Positions 8,700 through 19,263 of a stretch of 64,000 nucleotides of DNA are shown here, in pieces. The notes beneath the pieces were generated by a model, which saw nothing but the letters and a program-made list of their open reading frames with translations, did not search any database and was not told where the DNA came from. Positions within the stretch are counted from its first letter, which is position 1, and each line of letters starts with the position of its first letter. The stretch lies in NCBI GenBank assembly GCA_002733545.1, contig NVVX01000001.1:45099-109098 (forward strand), in the 5' to 3' direction. Both the position numbers and the translations under genes were made by a program. The stretch is from Alkaliphilus sp. (GTDB lineage: Bacteria; Bacillota; Clostridia; Peptostreptococcales; NVVX01).

Positions 8700-9674
8700 A
8701 TGAGAAATGAACCTATTGTAAGAGTAGAAGGACTAAAAAAGCATTTCCCAATTAAGTCAGGAGTAATGAGAAAAACTGTAGGATATGTAAGAGCCGTAGA
8801 TGGTTTGGATTTTGAAATAAAAGAGGGAAGAACATTAGGATTAGTAGGCGAATCAGGATGTGGAAAATCAACCACCGGTCGAACTATTATTAAATTGCTA
8901 GAAGCAACTGCAGGTAAAATATATTTTGAAGGACAAGATATTACATCTTTGTCTAAAAAAGAAATGCGTAAGTTAAGAACTAAAATACAAATTATTTTTC
9001 AAGATCCGTATAGTTCACTAAACCCAAGAATGACGGTAGGTGAAATTGTAGGGGAAGCACTGAAAGAGCATGGAATTGCATCGGGTAAAGAATTAGAGAA
9101 AAAAGTAATTGAAACTATTGAAAAATGCGGTTTAAGTTCTTATCATATTAGCAGATACCCGCATGAATTTAGTGGTGGGCAAAGACAAAGAATTGGAATA
9201 GCTAGAGCATTAGCACTAGATCCAAAATTTGTTGTATGTGATGAAGCGGTGTCAGCGCTGGATGTTTCTATTCAGGCGCAAGTTATTAATTTATTAAAAG
9301 AACTACAAAAGGAAATGGGTTTAACTTACCTGTTTATTTCGCATGATTTAAGTGTAGTAAATTATATTTCCGACGAAGTAGGAGTAATGTATTTAGGAAA
9401 TATAGTTGAACTAGCAGAAAAAAACGAACTATTTAACAATCCTAAACATCCGTATACACAAGCTCTTCTAGAAGCTATACCAAGCTCTAACCCTAGAGAG
9501 AGAAAGGAAGTAGTGCCACTAGAAGGTGAAATTCCATCGCCATCTAATCCACCATCTGGGTGCAAGTTTAGAACGCGTTGTCCTAAAGTAATGGATATTT
9601 GTTCGGAACAAGCTCCAGAATTTAAGGACATTGGAAATGAACATTTTGTAGCTTGCCACTTGATGGATATGTAG
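8700..9674 (+). CDS. oppF: Oligopeptide ABC ATP-binding subunit
   Basis: GESGCGKST, FQDPYSSLNPR, FSGGQRQR and a Cys-rich C-terminus. Confidence 0.93.
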   Translation: MRNEPIVRVEGLKKHFPIKSGVMRKTVGYVRAVDGLDFEIKEGRTLGLVGESGCGKSTTGRTIIKLLEATAGKIYFEGQDITSLSKKEMRKLRTKIQIIFQDPYSSLNPRMTVGEIVGEALKEHGIASGKELEKKVIETIEKCGLSSYHISRYPHEFSGGQRQRIGIARALALDPKFVVCDEAVSALDVSIQAQVINLLKELQKEMGLTYLFISHDLSVVNYISDEVGVMYLGNIVELAEKNELFNNPKHPYTQALLEAIPSSNPRERKEVVPLEGEIPSPSNPPSGCKFRTRCPKVMDICSEQAPEFKDIGNEHFVACHLMDM

Positions 9675-9675
9675 C

Positions 9676-9843
9676 ATGTACGATATGTATGATAATAAAC
9701 AAAAAGAGAGCGACGAAAAGTTTAAAAGCACAGATATACTTGCTATGTGTCTAGCAGCCTTATGGATTGTTATACCATATGCTTTAGGTATTCTTGCAGT
9801 AATTTGGATCTTCTTTATATTATTTTCTGTGTTGTTTATATAA
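9676..9843 (+). CDS. Small membrane protein (55 aa) downstream of oppF; not in the ORF track
   Basis: Hand translation gives MYDMYDNKQKESDEKFKSTDILAMCLAALWIVIPYALGILAVIWIFFILFSVLFI. It starts just after the oppF stop (alternative ATG at 9685) and precedes the terminator. Confidence 0.75.
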   Translation: MYDMYDNKQKESDEKFKSTDILAMCLAALWIVIPYALGILAVIWIFFILFSVLFI

Positions 9844-9905
9844 GCTAAACAGCTAAATAGGAGTATAAGAAAGAAATTAATTTAATAATCGCAGAATAGT
9901 TTAAT

Positions 9906-9947
9906 AATAGAGCAGTTATATTACATGTGTAATATAGCTGCTCTATT
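9906..9947 (+). terminator. Probable intrinsic terminator of the second opp operon
   Basis: Stem AATAGAGCAGTTATATTACA / TGTAATATAGCTGCTCTATT. Confidence 0.7.
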
Positions 9948-10194
9948 TGAATAAAAATAGAATTAATCAAGCAAATATTGATAAATATAACTATTAATAA
10001 TTGTCAACAATAAAAGTGGAAATATTAATTAATATTCAGAATTGGCTATTTTGCTTGATTATAGAGAATTTAAGTATTATAATACTTTTGTAGATAGAAA
10101 TTGAAGTGAAGTGAATTGTACTACAAATGAACGTGGCTTAGTTTTCATTATTTTTACCAAAAGGTAAAAATGCTTATAATAGGAGGGAAATAAT

Positions 10195-11757
10195 ATGATT
10201 AAGAACAAAAAGATTTTAGTATTATTGAGTTTGGTATTAGTATTTTCTTTATTTGTTGTCGGATGTGGAAAAACTGAAGACACACCTGGTACTGACCAAC
10301 CAGCTGACAAAGCACCAGAAGTAAGAGACACTTTGATTGTTGGACAAGGTGCAGATGCAAAGATTTTAGACCCACATGCAACAAATGATCAACCATCTTC
10401 AAGAGTTATGAAACAGATTTATGAAACTCTTATTACACAAAACGAACAAATGGAATTAGAACCTGGCTTAGCAGTATCTTGGGAAAAAGTTGATGATTTA
10501 ACTTTTGAATTCAAGTTAAGACAAGGTGTTAAATTCCACAATGGCGAAGAATTTAAAGCAAGCGATGTTAAATTTACACTATTAAGAGCAGTAGAATCGC
10601 CAACAATTGGACATATTGTTGGAGCGATTGACCCAGAGTCAATTGAAATAATTGATGACTACACTATTAGAATTTCTACAAAGAATCCATTTGCTCCTCT
10701 ACTTGCACATTTAGCTCATGGAGCATCAAGCATGCTTAATGAAAAAGCTGTAGCTGAAGGTGGAGATGACTACGGGCAAAACCCAGTAGGAACTGGACCA
10801 TTCAAACTATATGAATGGAAATCAGGAGATTCTATCGAACTAGTTAGATTTGAAGATTTTCATGGTGCTCAACCAAAAATCGAAAGAATTATTATGAGAA
10901 ATATACCAGAAGGAACTAATAGAGCAATTGAATTAGAAACTGGAGCAATTGACATAGCTTTTGATATTGCACCAACAGATGTTAATAGAATTGATGAAAA
11001 CAAAGAGTTAACACTTGTTAGAGACCCTAATTTATCTACAGCATATATCGGTTTTAACGCCGCTAAAAAGCCTTATGATGATGTTAGAGTAAGACAAGCA
11101 ATTAACTATGCAATTGATATGGATTCAATCATCGAAGCTGTATACCTAGGAATAGGCGAACCAGCTATTGGACCTCTAGGTGCTAATGTATGGGCTTCTC
11201 ATAGAGGACTTACACCTTATGGATTTGATGTTGATAAAGCAAAAGAATTAATGAAAGAAGCTGGTCTAGAAGACGGTTTCAAAACTACAATTTGGACTAA
11301 TGAAAACCAACAAAGAATGGATATAGCAGAAATAGTACAAAATCAATTAAAAGCAATTAATATAGAAACTGAAGTAAAAGTACTTGAGTGGGGTTCATAC
11401 CTTGATGGTACAGCTGCTGGAGAACATGATATGTTTATCCTTGGATGGACTACTGTAACAGGTGACCCTGATTATGGATTATATCCTCTATTCCACTCTG
11501 AGCAATATGGTAGTGCAGGAAACAGAACTTTCTGGTCTACACCAAGATCTGATGAGTTATTAACTCTTGGAAGAACAACTGCAGATCCAGAAAAGAGAAA
11601 AGAATATTATATGGAAGCTCAAGAAATTATTAGAGATGAAGCACCATGGGTGTTTACATGGAATGGCGAGAACGTTTCTGGAACAAGAAACAATGTAAGA
11701 GGATTTATGCAACATCCAGCAGGACATCATAAACTATTTACAGTTTATTTTGAATAA
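10195..11757 (+). CDS. Dipeptide/glutathione-type ABC substrate-binding lipoprotein (family 5)
   Basis: Lipobox FVVGC. FEFKLRQGVKFHNGEEFKASDVKFT. PVGTGPFK. Confidence 0.92.
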   Translation: MIKNKKILVLLSLVLVFSLFVVGCGKTEDTPGTDQPADKAPEVRDTLIVGQGADAKILDPHATNDQPSSRVMKQIYETLITQNEQMELEPGLAVSWEKVDDLTFEFKLRQGVKFHNGEEFKASDVKFTLLRAVESPTIGHIVGAIDPESIEIIDDYTIRISTKNPFAPLLAHLAHGASSMLNEKAVAEGGDDYGQNPVGTGPFKLYEWKSGDSIELVRFEDFHGAQPKIERIIMRNIPEGTNRAIELETGAIDIAFDIAPTDVNRIDENKELTLVRDPNLSTAYIGFNAAKKPYDDVRVRQAINYAIDMDSIIEAVYLGIGEPAIGPLGANVWASHRGLTPYGFDVDKAKELMKEAGLEDGFKTTIWTNENQQRMDIAEIVQNQLKAINIETEVKVLEWGSYLDGTAAGEHDMFILGWTTVTGDPDYGLYPLFHSEQYGSAGNRTFWSTPRSDELLTLGRTTADPEKRKEYYMEAQEIIRDEAPWVFTWNGENVSGTRNNVRGFMQHPAGHHKLFTVYFE

Positions 11758-11810
11758 GTAACATAACAGCGAATAACAAAGAAACTCTTTGGAAATACTG
11801 AAACTGACAC

Positions 11811-11841
11811 AATATAGGGTCATATTATATGGCCCTATATT
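11811..11841 (+). terminator. Intercistronic hairpin after the binding-protein gene
   Basis: AATATAGGGTCATAT / ATATGGCCCTATATT. Confidence 0.6.
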
Positions 11842-11881
11842 AATGCTTAATCTACAGCAAATCATGGAAGGAGTAGTTTGA

Positions 11882-12811
11882 ATGCATAAGTACATTTTAA
11901 GAAGACTATTATTACTGATTCCTGTAATGCTTGGCGTTGCATTCATTGTATTTACAATGATGTACTTTACACCAGGAGATCCTGCAGCAATTATGCTTGG
12001 AGAAGCAGCATCTGAACACGATGTAGAGAGACTTAGAGAAGAAATGGGATTAGACAGACCATTTATTGTTCAATTCTCTACTTATATTAAGAACTTAGTT
12101 GTTCACCAAGATATTGGTAGATCCTATCAGTCGAAAAAACCTGTTGTTACAGCGATACTAGAACGTTTTCCTACTACGCTTAAATTAGCAGCTTTAGGAG
12201 TGTTAGTAGCCGTGCTACTGGGGATACCGACAGGAATAATTTCTGCTACAAAGCAGTACTCAATATTTGATTCAGCTTCAATGGTAGCAGCTTTACTTGG
12301 AGTATCTATGCCAAACTTTTGGCAAGGATTAATGAGTATTATAGTATTTTCAGTATGGTTAGGATGGTTGCCATCGTCAGGGTTTTCTACCCCTATGCAT
12401 ATGATTTTACCCGCACTGACAATAGGTACAAGTTCAGCGGCTATAATTACTAGAATGACAAGATCTAGCATGTTAGAAGTAATTCGTCAAGACTACATTA
12501 GAACTGCTAGAGCAAAAGGACAAAAAGAGTTTATAGTAATTACTAGACATGCATTAAAAAATGCATTGATTCCTGTGCTCACTGTAGTTGGACTACAATT
12601 TGGATATCTTTTAGGAGGAGCAGTTTTAACAGAAACTATTTTCTCTATACCAGGAGTTGGAAGACTAATGGTTGATGCAATTAAGCAAAGAGATTTTCCA
12701 ATAGTACAAGGTGGAGTGCTTTTTCTTGCAATTACATTTAGTTTTATGAATTTGCTTATTGATATTTTATACGCATTTGTCGATCCTAGAATCAAATCAC
12801 AGTACAAATAG
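11882..12811 (+). CDS. Peptide ABC permease (OppB/DppB type)
   Basis: TPGDPA, RSSMLEVIRQDYIRTARAKG and DPRIK. Confidence 0.92.
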   Translation: MHKYILRRLLLLIPVMLGVAFIVFTMMYFTPGDPAAIMLGEAASEHDVERLREEMGLDRPFIVQFSTYIKNLVVHQDIGRSYQSKKPVVTAILERFPTTLKLAALGVLVAVLLGIPTGIISATKQYSIFDSASMVAALLGVSMPNFWQGLMSIIVFSVWLGWLPSSGFSTPMHMILPALTIGTSSAAIITRMTRSSMLEVIRQDYIRTARAKGQKEFIVITRHALKNALIPVLTVVGLQFGYLLGGAVLTETIFSIPGVGRLMVDAIKQRDFPIVQGGVLFLAITFSFMNLLIDILYAFVDPRIKSQYK

Positions 12812-12838
12812 ATGTTTTTAAGTGAAGGAGGTATATAA

Positions 12839-13699
12839 ATGAATAAACAAGGTCAAAAAAGAGGACCATGGAGAGAAGTATGGAGAAGATTGAAACAAAA
12901 TAAAGCTGCAATGGTTGGATTAGCAATCATTTTAATACTAGTATTCTCAGCAATTTTCGCAGATTTTATTGCTCCATACGGATATGACGATCAAGATTTG
13001 AAAGCAAGGTTACAAGGTCCAAGTATGCAACATTTTTTAGGAACAGATAATTTTGGTAGAGACATTCTTAGTCGTATAATTTATGGTTCAAGAGTTTCTT
13101 TACAGGTAGGATTTATTGCTGTTGGTATAGCGATTGCTGTTGGTGGAACGTTAGGTGCCATTTCTGGTTACTATGGCAAAAGACTTGACAACGTTATCAT
13201 GAGACTTATGGATGTTCTGCTAGCAATTCCGGGTATATTATTAGCTATCTCAATTGTAGCAGCGCTAGGGTCTGGTTTGCAGAATGTTATGATAGCCGTT
13301 GGAATAGGTAGTATTCCAGGATACGCTCGTATAGTAAGATCTTCAGTATTAACAATTAGAGAGCAAGAATTTATAGAAGCTGCAAGAGCAGTAGGTGCGA
13401 GCGATTTTAGGATCATTACAAAGCATATTATTCCGAACGCACTAGCTCCAATTATAGTGCAATCTACATTAGGAGTTGCTGGAGCTATTTTATCAGCTGC
13501 AGGGTTAAGTTTTATTGGATTAGGGTTTCAGCCACCAACACCTGAGTGGGGCGCGATGCTATCAACTGGAAGAAATTTCATTAGGGACCACTGGCACATG
13601 ACAGCTTTTCCAGGACTTGCAATTATGATTACAATTTTTGGTCTGAATCTTTTAGGAGATGGACTAAGAGATGCACTTGATCCTAGGTTAAAGAATTAA
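12839..13699 (+). CDS. Peptide ABC permease (OppC/DppC type)
   Basis: HFLGTDNFGRDILSRIIYG, EFIEAARAVG and GDGLRDALDP. Confidence 0.92.
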   Translation: MNKQGQKRGPWREVWRRLKQNKAAMVGLAIILILVFSAIFADFIAPYGYDDQDLKARLQGPSMQHFLGTDNFGRDILSRIIYGSRVSLQVGFIAVGIAIAVGGTLGAISGYYGKRLDNVIMRLMDVLLAIPGILLAISIVAALGSGLQNVMIAVGIGSIPGYARIVRSSVLTIREQEFIEAARAVGASDFRIITKHIIPNALAPIIVQSTLGVAGAILSAAGLSFIGLGFQPPTPEWGAMLSTGRNFIRDHWHMTAFPGLAIMITIFGLNLLGDGLRDALDPRLKN

Positions 13700-13720
13700 G
13701 TTGAATAGGAGAGTAAAATA

Positions 13721-14692
13721 ATGGATAAAAACAAAAAAATGCTAAGTATAAATAACTTATCGATTCATTATATAACTGAAGAAGGTACTGTTGCAGCTGT
13801 TCAAGATATGAACCTTGAAGTTGCTGAAGGTGAAACGCTTGGACTAGTTGGAGAAACAGGCGCGGGCAAAACGACTACTGCACTTGGAATTATGAGATTA
13901 ATTCCTGAACCTCCAGGTAAAATAGTACAAGGTGAAATTGTTTTCCAAGGCAAAAACTTACTAGATATGACGACAGAGCAAATGCGTGAGATACGTGGGA
14001 ACAAGATTTCAATGATTTTCCAAGATCCAATGACTTCACTAAACCCTGTTATTCCTGTTGGAGAACAAATAGCTGAGGTAATTATACTACATCAAAACGT
14101 TAATGCTAGAGAAGCTCTAGAAAGAGCAGCTGAAATGTTAGAAAAAGTAGGTATCCCGCCTGAGAGAATAAAGGAATATCCGCATCAATTTAGCGGAGGA
14201 ATGAGGCAACGTGTAGTTATTGCTATTGCACTTGCATGTAACCCCAAATTATTAATTGCAGATGAACCAACAACAGCATTAGATGTAACTATACAAGCTC
14301 AAGTTTTAAAATTAATGAACAACTTGAAAAAAGAATTTAATACTTCAATGATTATGATTACTCATGACTTGGGTGTAGTTGCTGAAGTTTGCGATAAAGT
14401 AGCGATTATGTATGCTGGAAACGTTATTGAGTATACCGATAAAAAATCTTTATTCACTGAACCTAGACATCCATATACTTTAGGTTTATTTGGATCGATT
14501 CCTAGTATAGAAGATGATGAAGAACGGTTAAATCCAATTAAAGGGCTAATGCCTGATCCTACAAACATTCCTTCTGGGTGTCCGTTTCATCCGAGATGTC
14601 CTAAGGTTATGGAAATTTGCTCTGAAAAAGTGCCTAAAGATACTGAAGTTTCAAAAGGTCATTTTGTAAAGTGCTTATTGTATGAAGAGTAA
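13721..14692 (+). CDS. Peptide ABC ATP-binding subunit (OppD/DppD type)
   Basis: [16 protein letters not shown] and [11 protein letters not shown]. Confidence 0.92.
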   Translation: MDKNKKMLSINNLSIHYITEEGTVAAVQDMNLEVAEGETLGLVGETGAGKTTTALGIMRLIPEPPGKIVQGEIVFQGKNLLDMTTEQMREIRGNKISMIFQDPMTSLNPVIPVGEQIAEVIILHQNVNAREALERAAEMLEKVGIPPERIKEYPHQFSGGMRQRVVIAIALACNPKLLIADEPTTALDVTIQAQVLKLMNNLKKEFNTSMIMITHDLGVVAEVCDKVAIMYAGNVIEYTDKKSLFTEPRHPYTLGLFGSIPSIEDDEERLNPIKGLMPDPTNIPSGCPFHPRCPKVMEICSEKVPKDTEVSKGHFVKCLLYEE

Positions 14693-14716
14693 AATAAAAC
14701 GTACTGAGGTGATAAC

Positions 14717-15688
14717 ATGCAAAAAAAATTAATAGAGGTAAAAAACCTTAAAAAATATTTTCCTACAAATAAAGGAATGCTGCACGCAGTGGATGGTGTT
14801 AATTTCTACATTAATGAAGGTGAAACTCTTGGTTTAGTTGGAGAGTCAGGATGTGGTAAATCGACAACTGGTAGAGTTGTTTTAAGACTATTAGAAGCTA
14901 CAGCGGGAGAAATTATTTACGATGGGAAAGATATTTTAAAAGTCGATAAACGACGAATGAGGGAATTAAGAAGAGATATGCAAATTGTATTTCAAGATCC
15001 GTATGCATCACTAAATCCTAGGATGAGCGTGTCTCAAATTATTGCTGAGCCTTTGACTGTTAATAAAGTCTTCAAAAATAAAAACGAACTTGATGCTAGA
15101 GTTAAAGAATTAATGGATACAGTTGGATTAACTCAAAGACTAGTCAACACATATCCACATGAGCTAGACGGTGGAAGGCGACAAAGGATAGGAATTGCGC
15201 GTGCATTAGCACTAAAACCAAGGTTTATTGTTCAAGATGAACCTGTGTCAGCATTAGATGTGTCGATACAAGCCCAAATATTAAATCTTATGTCTGATTT
15301 ACAAAAAGAATTTAGCTTAACTTACTTGTTTATTTCACACGATTTAAGTGTAGTAAAGCATGTAAGTAACCGTATTGCTGTAATGTATTTAGGGAAAATC
15401 GTAGAACTGTCGGAATATGGAACTATGTTTAAGAACCCAATTCATCCATACACACAGGCATTATTATCTGCAATTCCTGTGCCTAGGTTACATTCAACTA
15501 ACGAGAAGATTATTTTAGAAGGTGATGTTCCTAGTCCAATAAATCCACCAGAAGGGTGTAGATTTTATGGTCGATGTATGTATAGACAAGACATATGTAA
15601 TCAAAAAACGCCAGAATTAAAAGATATCGGAGAAAAGCGTTATGTTGCATGTCACTTTGCAGAGAACTTAAAACCTGCAAAAAAATAG
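14717..15688 (+). CDS. Peptide ABC ATP-binding subunit (OppF/DppF type)
   Basis: GESGCGKST, variant signature LDGGRRQR, and QDEPVSALDVS. Confidence 0.92.
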   Translation: MQKKLIEVKNLKKYFPTNKGMLHAVDGVNFYINEGETLGLVGESGCGKSTTGRVVLRLLEATAGEIIYDGKDILKVDKRRMRELRRDMQIVFQDPYASLNPRMSVSQIIAEPLTVNKVFKNKNELDARVKELMDTVGLTQRLVNTYPHELDGGRRQRIGIARALALKPRFIVQDEPVSALDVSIQAQILNLMSDLQKEFSLTYLFISHDLSVVKHVSNRIAVMYLGKIVELSEYGTMFKNPIHPYTQALLSAIPVPRLHSTNEKIILEGDVPSPINPPEGCRFYGRCMYRQDICNQKTPELKDIGEKRYVACHFAENLKPAKK

Positions 15689-15707
15689 ATTTTAGTTGAA
15701 TCAAATT

Positions 15708-15736
15708 AAAATAAGGGTGCCCACCCTTATTTTTTT
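15708..15736 (+). terminator. Intrinsic terminator
   Basis: AAAATAAGGGTG-CC-CACCCTTATTTT followed by a T tract. Confidence 0.8.
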
Positions 15737-15800
15737 AGTTGAGTATGTTTTTTGAAAACTATTATGATAGAATAAAAGAAAAAAGGAGTGTGATTCTTTG

Positions 15801-16340
15801 ATGAAAAATGAAATTGATAGAGTTTTATTTTCAAAAGAAGCAATTGCTTTAAAAGTGAAAGAGATTGGGTTGCAAATAACAGAAGAATACCAAGATGAGA
15901 AAAATTTGGTTGTTGTCGGTATATTAAAAGGCGCAAATATTTTTTTAAGTGATTTGATTAGAGAAATTGATATTCCGCTCTACATTGACTTTATGGCAGT
16001 ATCTAGTTATGGAAATTCTACTGAGAGCTCTGGAGTAGTGAGAATATTGAAAGATATAGAAATAGATTTAACCGGGAAGCATGTCTTAATTGTAGAAGAC
16101 ATTGTAGATACTGGGCTAACTTTAGAGTATCTTACTTCTAACATTCTATCTAGAAATGTTGCATCTCTAAAAGTTTGCACTCTTTTAGATAAGCCTGCTA
16201 AGAGAAAATCTAAGGTCAAAATTGATTATATAGGTTTTGATATACCAGATGAATTCGTTGTTGGGTACGGAATTGATTATGCTGAAAAGTATAGAAATTT
16301 ACCTTACATTGGAGTTTTAAAAGAAGAAGTATATAAGTAA
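15801..16340 (+). CDS. hpt: Hypoxanthine phosphoribosyltransferase
   Basis: GILKGA, DFMAVSSYG, PRPP motif VLIVEDIVDTGLT, and FVVGYGIDYAEKYRNLP. The start may be the TTG at 15798. Confidence 0.95.
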   Translation: MKNEIDRVLFSKEAIALKVKEIGLQITEEYQDEKNLVVVGILKGANIFLSDLIREIDIPLYIDFMAVSSYGNSTESSGVVRILKDIEIDLTGKHVLIVEDIVDTGLTLEYLTSNILSRNVASLKVCTLLDKPAKRKSKVKIDYIGFDIPDEFVVGYGIDYAEKYRNLPYIGVLKEEVYK

Positions 16341-16425
16341 TCGCTGTGTTTTAACTGATTTGTATGTATACATGCATCTTTCTTTACGCATACTAGATGA
16401 TGAATTCAATATAGGAGGTAATAAT

Positions 16426-16599
16426 ATGCGTAATGAAAAGAGTTTTGAACAAATGAAAGAGGAGTTTATTCAAGCAAACTTAGATGCTAAAATTGACATG
16501 TACAAAACAGCAGAAGGACTTTCAGTCGATCAATTTAAGCAACTACTAAAGCATTTTCCCATTCAGCACATTGATAAACTAGAAAGAGCATTGAGTTAG
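16426..16599 (+). CDS. Small hypothetical protein (57 aa)
   Basis: Strong RBS AGGAGG before ATG 16426. MRNEKSFEQMKEEFIQANLDAKIDMY... Confidence 0.75.
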   Translation: MRNEKSFEQMKEEFIQANLDAKIDMYKTAEGLSVDQFKQLLKHFPIQHIDKLERALS

Positions 16600-16745
16600 A
16601 ATCAAAATAATAGTATAGCAAATGAAAATGGAGACGCTTCTCTTGACATGCTTTGCTTAGGATTTTGATTTCTACGTATGGAAATATCAAGGGACGTTCC
16701 GTTTCATATGTTATCTGTATAGTTCTTGCAAGCTGGAGGTTTGAT

Positions 16746-17756
16746 GTGAACAAGTCAGAAATTTTTTTAGAAAAAATGATTAAACAAATTAGATGCTATA
16801 AAAAAAACAGATCTAATAGCAGAAGATTTAATGCGTACTACCTGAGTAATAAAGAAGACTTGAGAAATAATATAGCTAGAAAAATTGATTATGTTGTTAT
16901 AAGAGTATTCATTTTACTGTCTATTTTTGTAGTGGTTTTTTTGAGTTTGAAAAATATTGTAAATTCATTTTTTGTTGCCAGTATTTTTCTAAGCATATTT
17001 CAAATTATTACTATAAGAAAACGCAATAAAATGCTATCTTACCAAAAAAAGTATAAGCGAAGACTTGTGGCGAGTCAGAAAGTATATAAAGATATTATAA
17101 ATAAGCCGATGGAAGAGTTAAAAAAATATATAGTAGAAATTTTGCAAAAGAGCGATTTAAGAGATATAGAAGAATTAATGTCAAATAGCAGTAACTTTAC
17201 ATATAATGCGACGTATAAAAATGAAATAATTTCTGTTTCTTTTTTTATCTATAAAGTAGACTATCTTATAGAATTAAAAGAATTGAAAGAATTTCTTTTT
17301 AATTCAAAAAATAATAAGGTAAACAAAGGGATCGTTATCACCACTTCAGATTTTACAAAGGATTGCTACGAATTAACAAATGAAATATCAAAAAACTATA
17401 AGTTGTTACTAATTAATAAGGAAAAATTAATAATGCTAATTGAAAGTGGCGATATGTTTCCGACAGAAGAAGAAATAGACGAAAGCATAGAAGAGATAAT
17501 ACATAAAAAATTTAAAACTCCAGAAAAATACAAAACAGTACTATTTAACGAAACTAAAATAAAAAAATACTTATCTTTGAGCTTTTTTTTATTTATTTTG
17601 TCTTTTTTTACGCCATATATTATCTATTATATGTCAGCAGCGGGTTTTACATTTGGCTTAGCATGTGTTACGTCTATACTTAAAGTAAAAAACATAAGAG
17701 AAAACACAAAAAAATGTTCAGATGAAGATGAAAGACTGCTAGATTTAGACACGTAA
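16746..17756 (+). CDS. Membrane protein with an Mrr-like restriction endonuclease-fold domain
   Basis: GGAGG then a GTG start. Two N-terminal and two C-terminal hydrophobic segments. KGIVITTSDFTKDCYEL...LLLINKEKLIMLI resembles the Mrr catalytic-domain C-terminus. Confidence 0.65.
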   Translation: MNKSEIFLEKMIKQIRCYKKNRSNSRRFNAYYLSNKEDLRNNIARKIDYVVIRVFILLSIFVVVFLSLKNIVNSFFVASIFLSIFQIITIRKRNKMLSYQKKYKRRLVASQKVYKDIINKPMEELKKYIVEILQKSDLRDIEELMSNSSNFTYNATYKNEIISVSFFIYKVDYLIELKELKEFLFNSKNNKVNKGIVITTSDFTKDCYELTNEISKNYKLLLINKEKLIMLIESGDMFPTEEEIDESIEEIIHKKFKTPEKYKTVLFNETKIKKYLSLSFFLFILSFFTPYIIYYMSAAGFTFGLACVTSILKVKNIRENTKKCSDEDERLLDLDT

Positions 17757-17852
17757 GCATCTAATATCTGATTCGACAATTGAGTTGATTTTTACAACGA
17801 AAAAAAGTATAATAGTATAGCTTAGATTGTTTACGAATTGAGGAGGATAAAA

Positions 17853-18428
17853 ATGATTAATAACAAATTACCTATTTCACTGTCAAATAGACATCTTCAC
17901 CTTAAAAAAGAACATATTGACCTTTTATTTGGTTTAGATTATGAACTTACCAAAATGAAAGATTTGTCGCAGCCAGGGCAGTACGCTGCTATGGAAAAAG
18001 TAGATTTAGTAGGAAGAAAAGGCGTTATTAAAGGAGTAAGAGTATTAGGTCCTGCAAGAAACAAAACTCAGGTTGAAATTTCTAAGACCGACAGTTTTGT
18101 ATTGGGAATAGAGACCCCAGTACGTGATTCGGGTGATTTAGATGGAAGTGCAGGGCTTAAAATAATAGGTCCGAAAGGCGAGGTAGTTCTAGAAGATGGT
18201 GTAATCCTTGCTGCAAGACACATACATATGCATACTGAGGATGCTAAACGTTTTGGAGTGACAGACAAACAAGTTGTAAGGATTAAAACTAGTGGTGAAC
18301 GTGCTATTATATTTGAAAATGTTTTAGTAAGAGTTAACCCAAGCTATTCTTTAGAAATGCACGTTGACGTTGATGAAGGAAATGCAGCGCTAATTAATAA
18401 TTATGATTTAGTAGAATTAATTAAGTAG
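17853..18428 (+). CDS. pduL: PduL-family phosphate acyltransferase
   Basis: SNRHLHL, LSQPGQYA, VRVLGPAR, RHIHM and MHVDVDEGNA. RBS AGGAGG. Confidence 0.92.
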   Translation: MINNKLPISLSNRHLHLKKEHIDLLFGLDYELTKMKDLSQPGQYAAMEKVDLVGRKGVIKGVRVLGPARNKTQVEISKTDSFVLGIETPVRDSGDLDGSAGLKIIGPKGEVVLEDGVILAARHIHMHTEDAKRFGVTDKQVVRIKTSGERAIIFENVLVRVNPSYSLEMHVDVDEGNAALINNYDLVELIK

Positions 18429-18480
18429 AACCCTCTGCTTAAAAATATAATTATACTCGAAGGTATAGGAGGAAAGTAAT

Positions 18481-19152
18481 ATGAACATATCAAAATATAT
18501 AGATCATACAGTCTTAAAAGCGGAAACAAAGGAAGTTGACGTAAAAAGACATTGTATTGAAGCTAAAGAACATGGCTTTTTTTCAGTTTGTGTTAATAGC
18601 TCTTATGTTGAACTTGTAGCGAAGGAACTAAAAAATAGTGATGTAAAGATAACGGCAGTAGTTGGATTTCCTTTAGGAGCATCAACTTCTGAAACTAAAG
18701 CATTTGAAACTAAAGATGCAATTAAAAAAGGTGCAAGTGAGATCGACATGGTAATAAATGTAGGCGCACTTAAAGATAAAAAATATGATTATATTCTAGG
18801 TGATATTAAAGCAGTTGTTGATGCAGCAGATAAAAAAGCTATTGTGAAAGTAATAATTGAAGCATCACTATTAAACCTTGATGAAAAGAAAAAAGCATGC
18901 GAGATTGCAAAAGAAGCAAAAGCCGACTTTGTAAAGACTTCGACTGGATTTAGTACAGGTGGAGCTACAATAGAAGACATTAAGTTAATGAGAGAAATTG
19001 TAGGTAGCGAGTTAGGAGTAAAAGCTTCAGGTGGAATAAGAGATTATGAAACAGCGATGAAAATGATTAATGCGGGTGCGTCAAGACTTGGTTGCAGTGC
19101 ATCAGTGAGCATTGTTACCGGTGCAAAAGAAAATAATAGTGCAGGGTACTAG
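18481..19152 (+). CDS. deoC: Deoxyribose-phosphate aldolase
   Basis: [29 protein letters not shown] and VKASGGIR. Confidence 0.96.
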   Translation: MNISKYIDHTVLKAETKEVDVKRHCIEAKEHGFFSVCVNSSYVELVAKELKNSDVKITAVVGFPLGASTSETKAFETKDAIKKGASEIDMVINVGALKDKKYDYILGDIKAVVDAADKKAIVKVIIEASLLNLDEKKKACEIAKEAKADFVKTSTGFSTGGATIEDIKLMREIVGSELGVKASGGIRDYETAMKMINAGASRLGCSASVSIVTGAKENNSAGY

Positions 19153-19263
19153 CTTCGTTTTGGAGGAATGCATGAACAAGAAAAAAGTCAATACGTTTTT
19201 GTTAGAGCGAATAAAGTGCTTCTAAATTTAAAAATCAAAGATTGTTAGAACCAAGGGGGATAT

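Noticed and set aside
9990..10050. CodY-like boxes upstream of the third peptide ABC operon
   Set aside because: The best matches have several mismatches to AATTTTCWGAAAATT in very AT-rich DNA, so they are not supportable.
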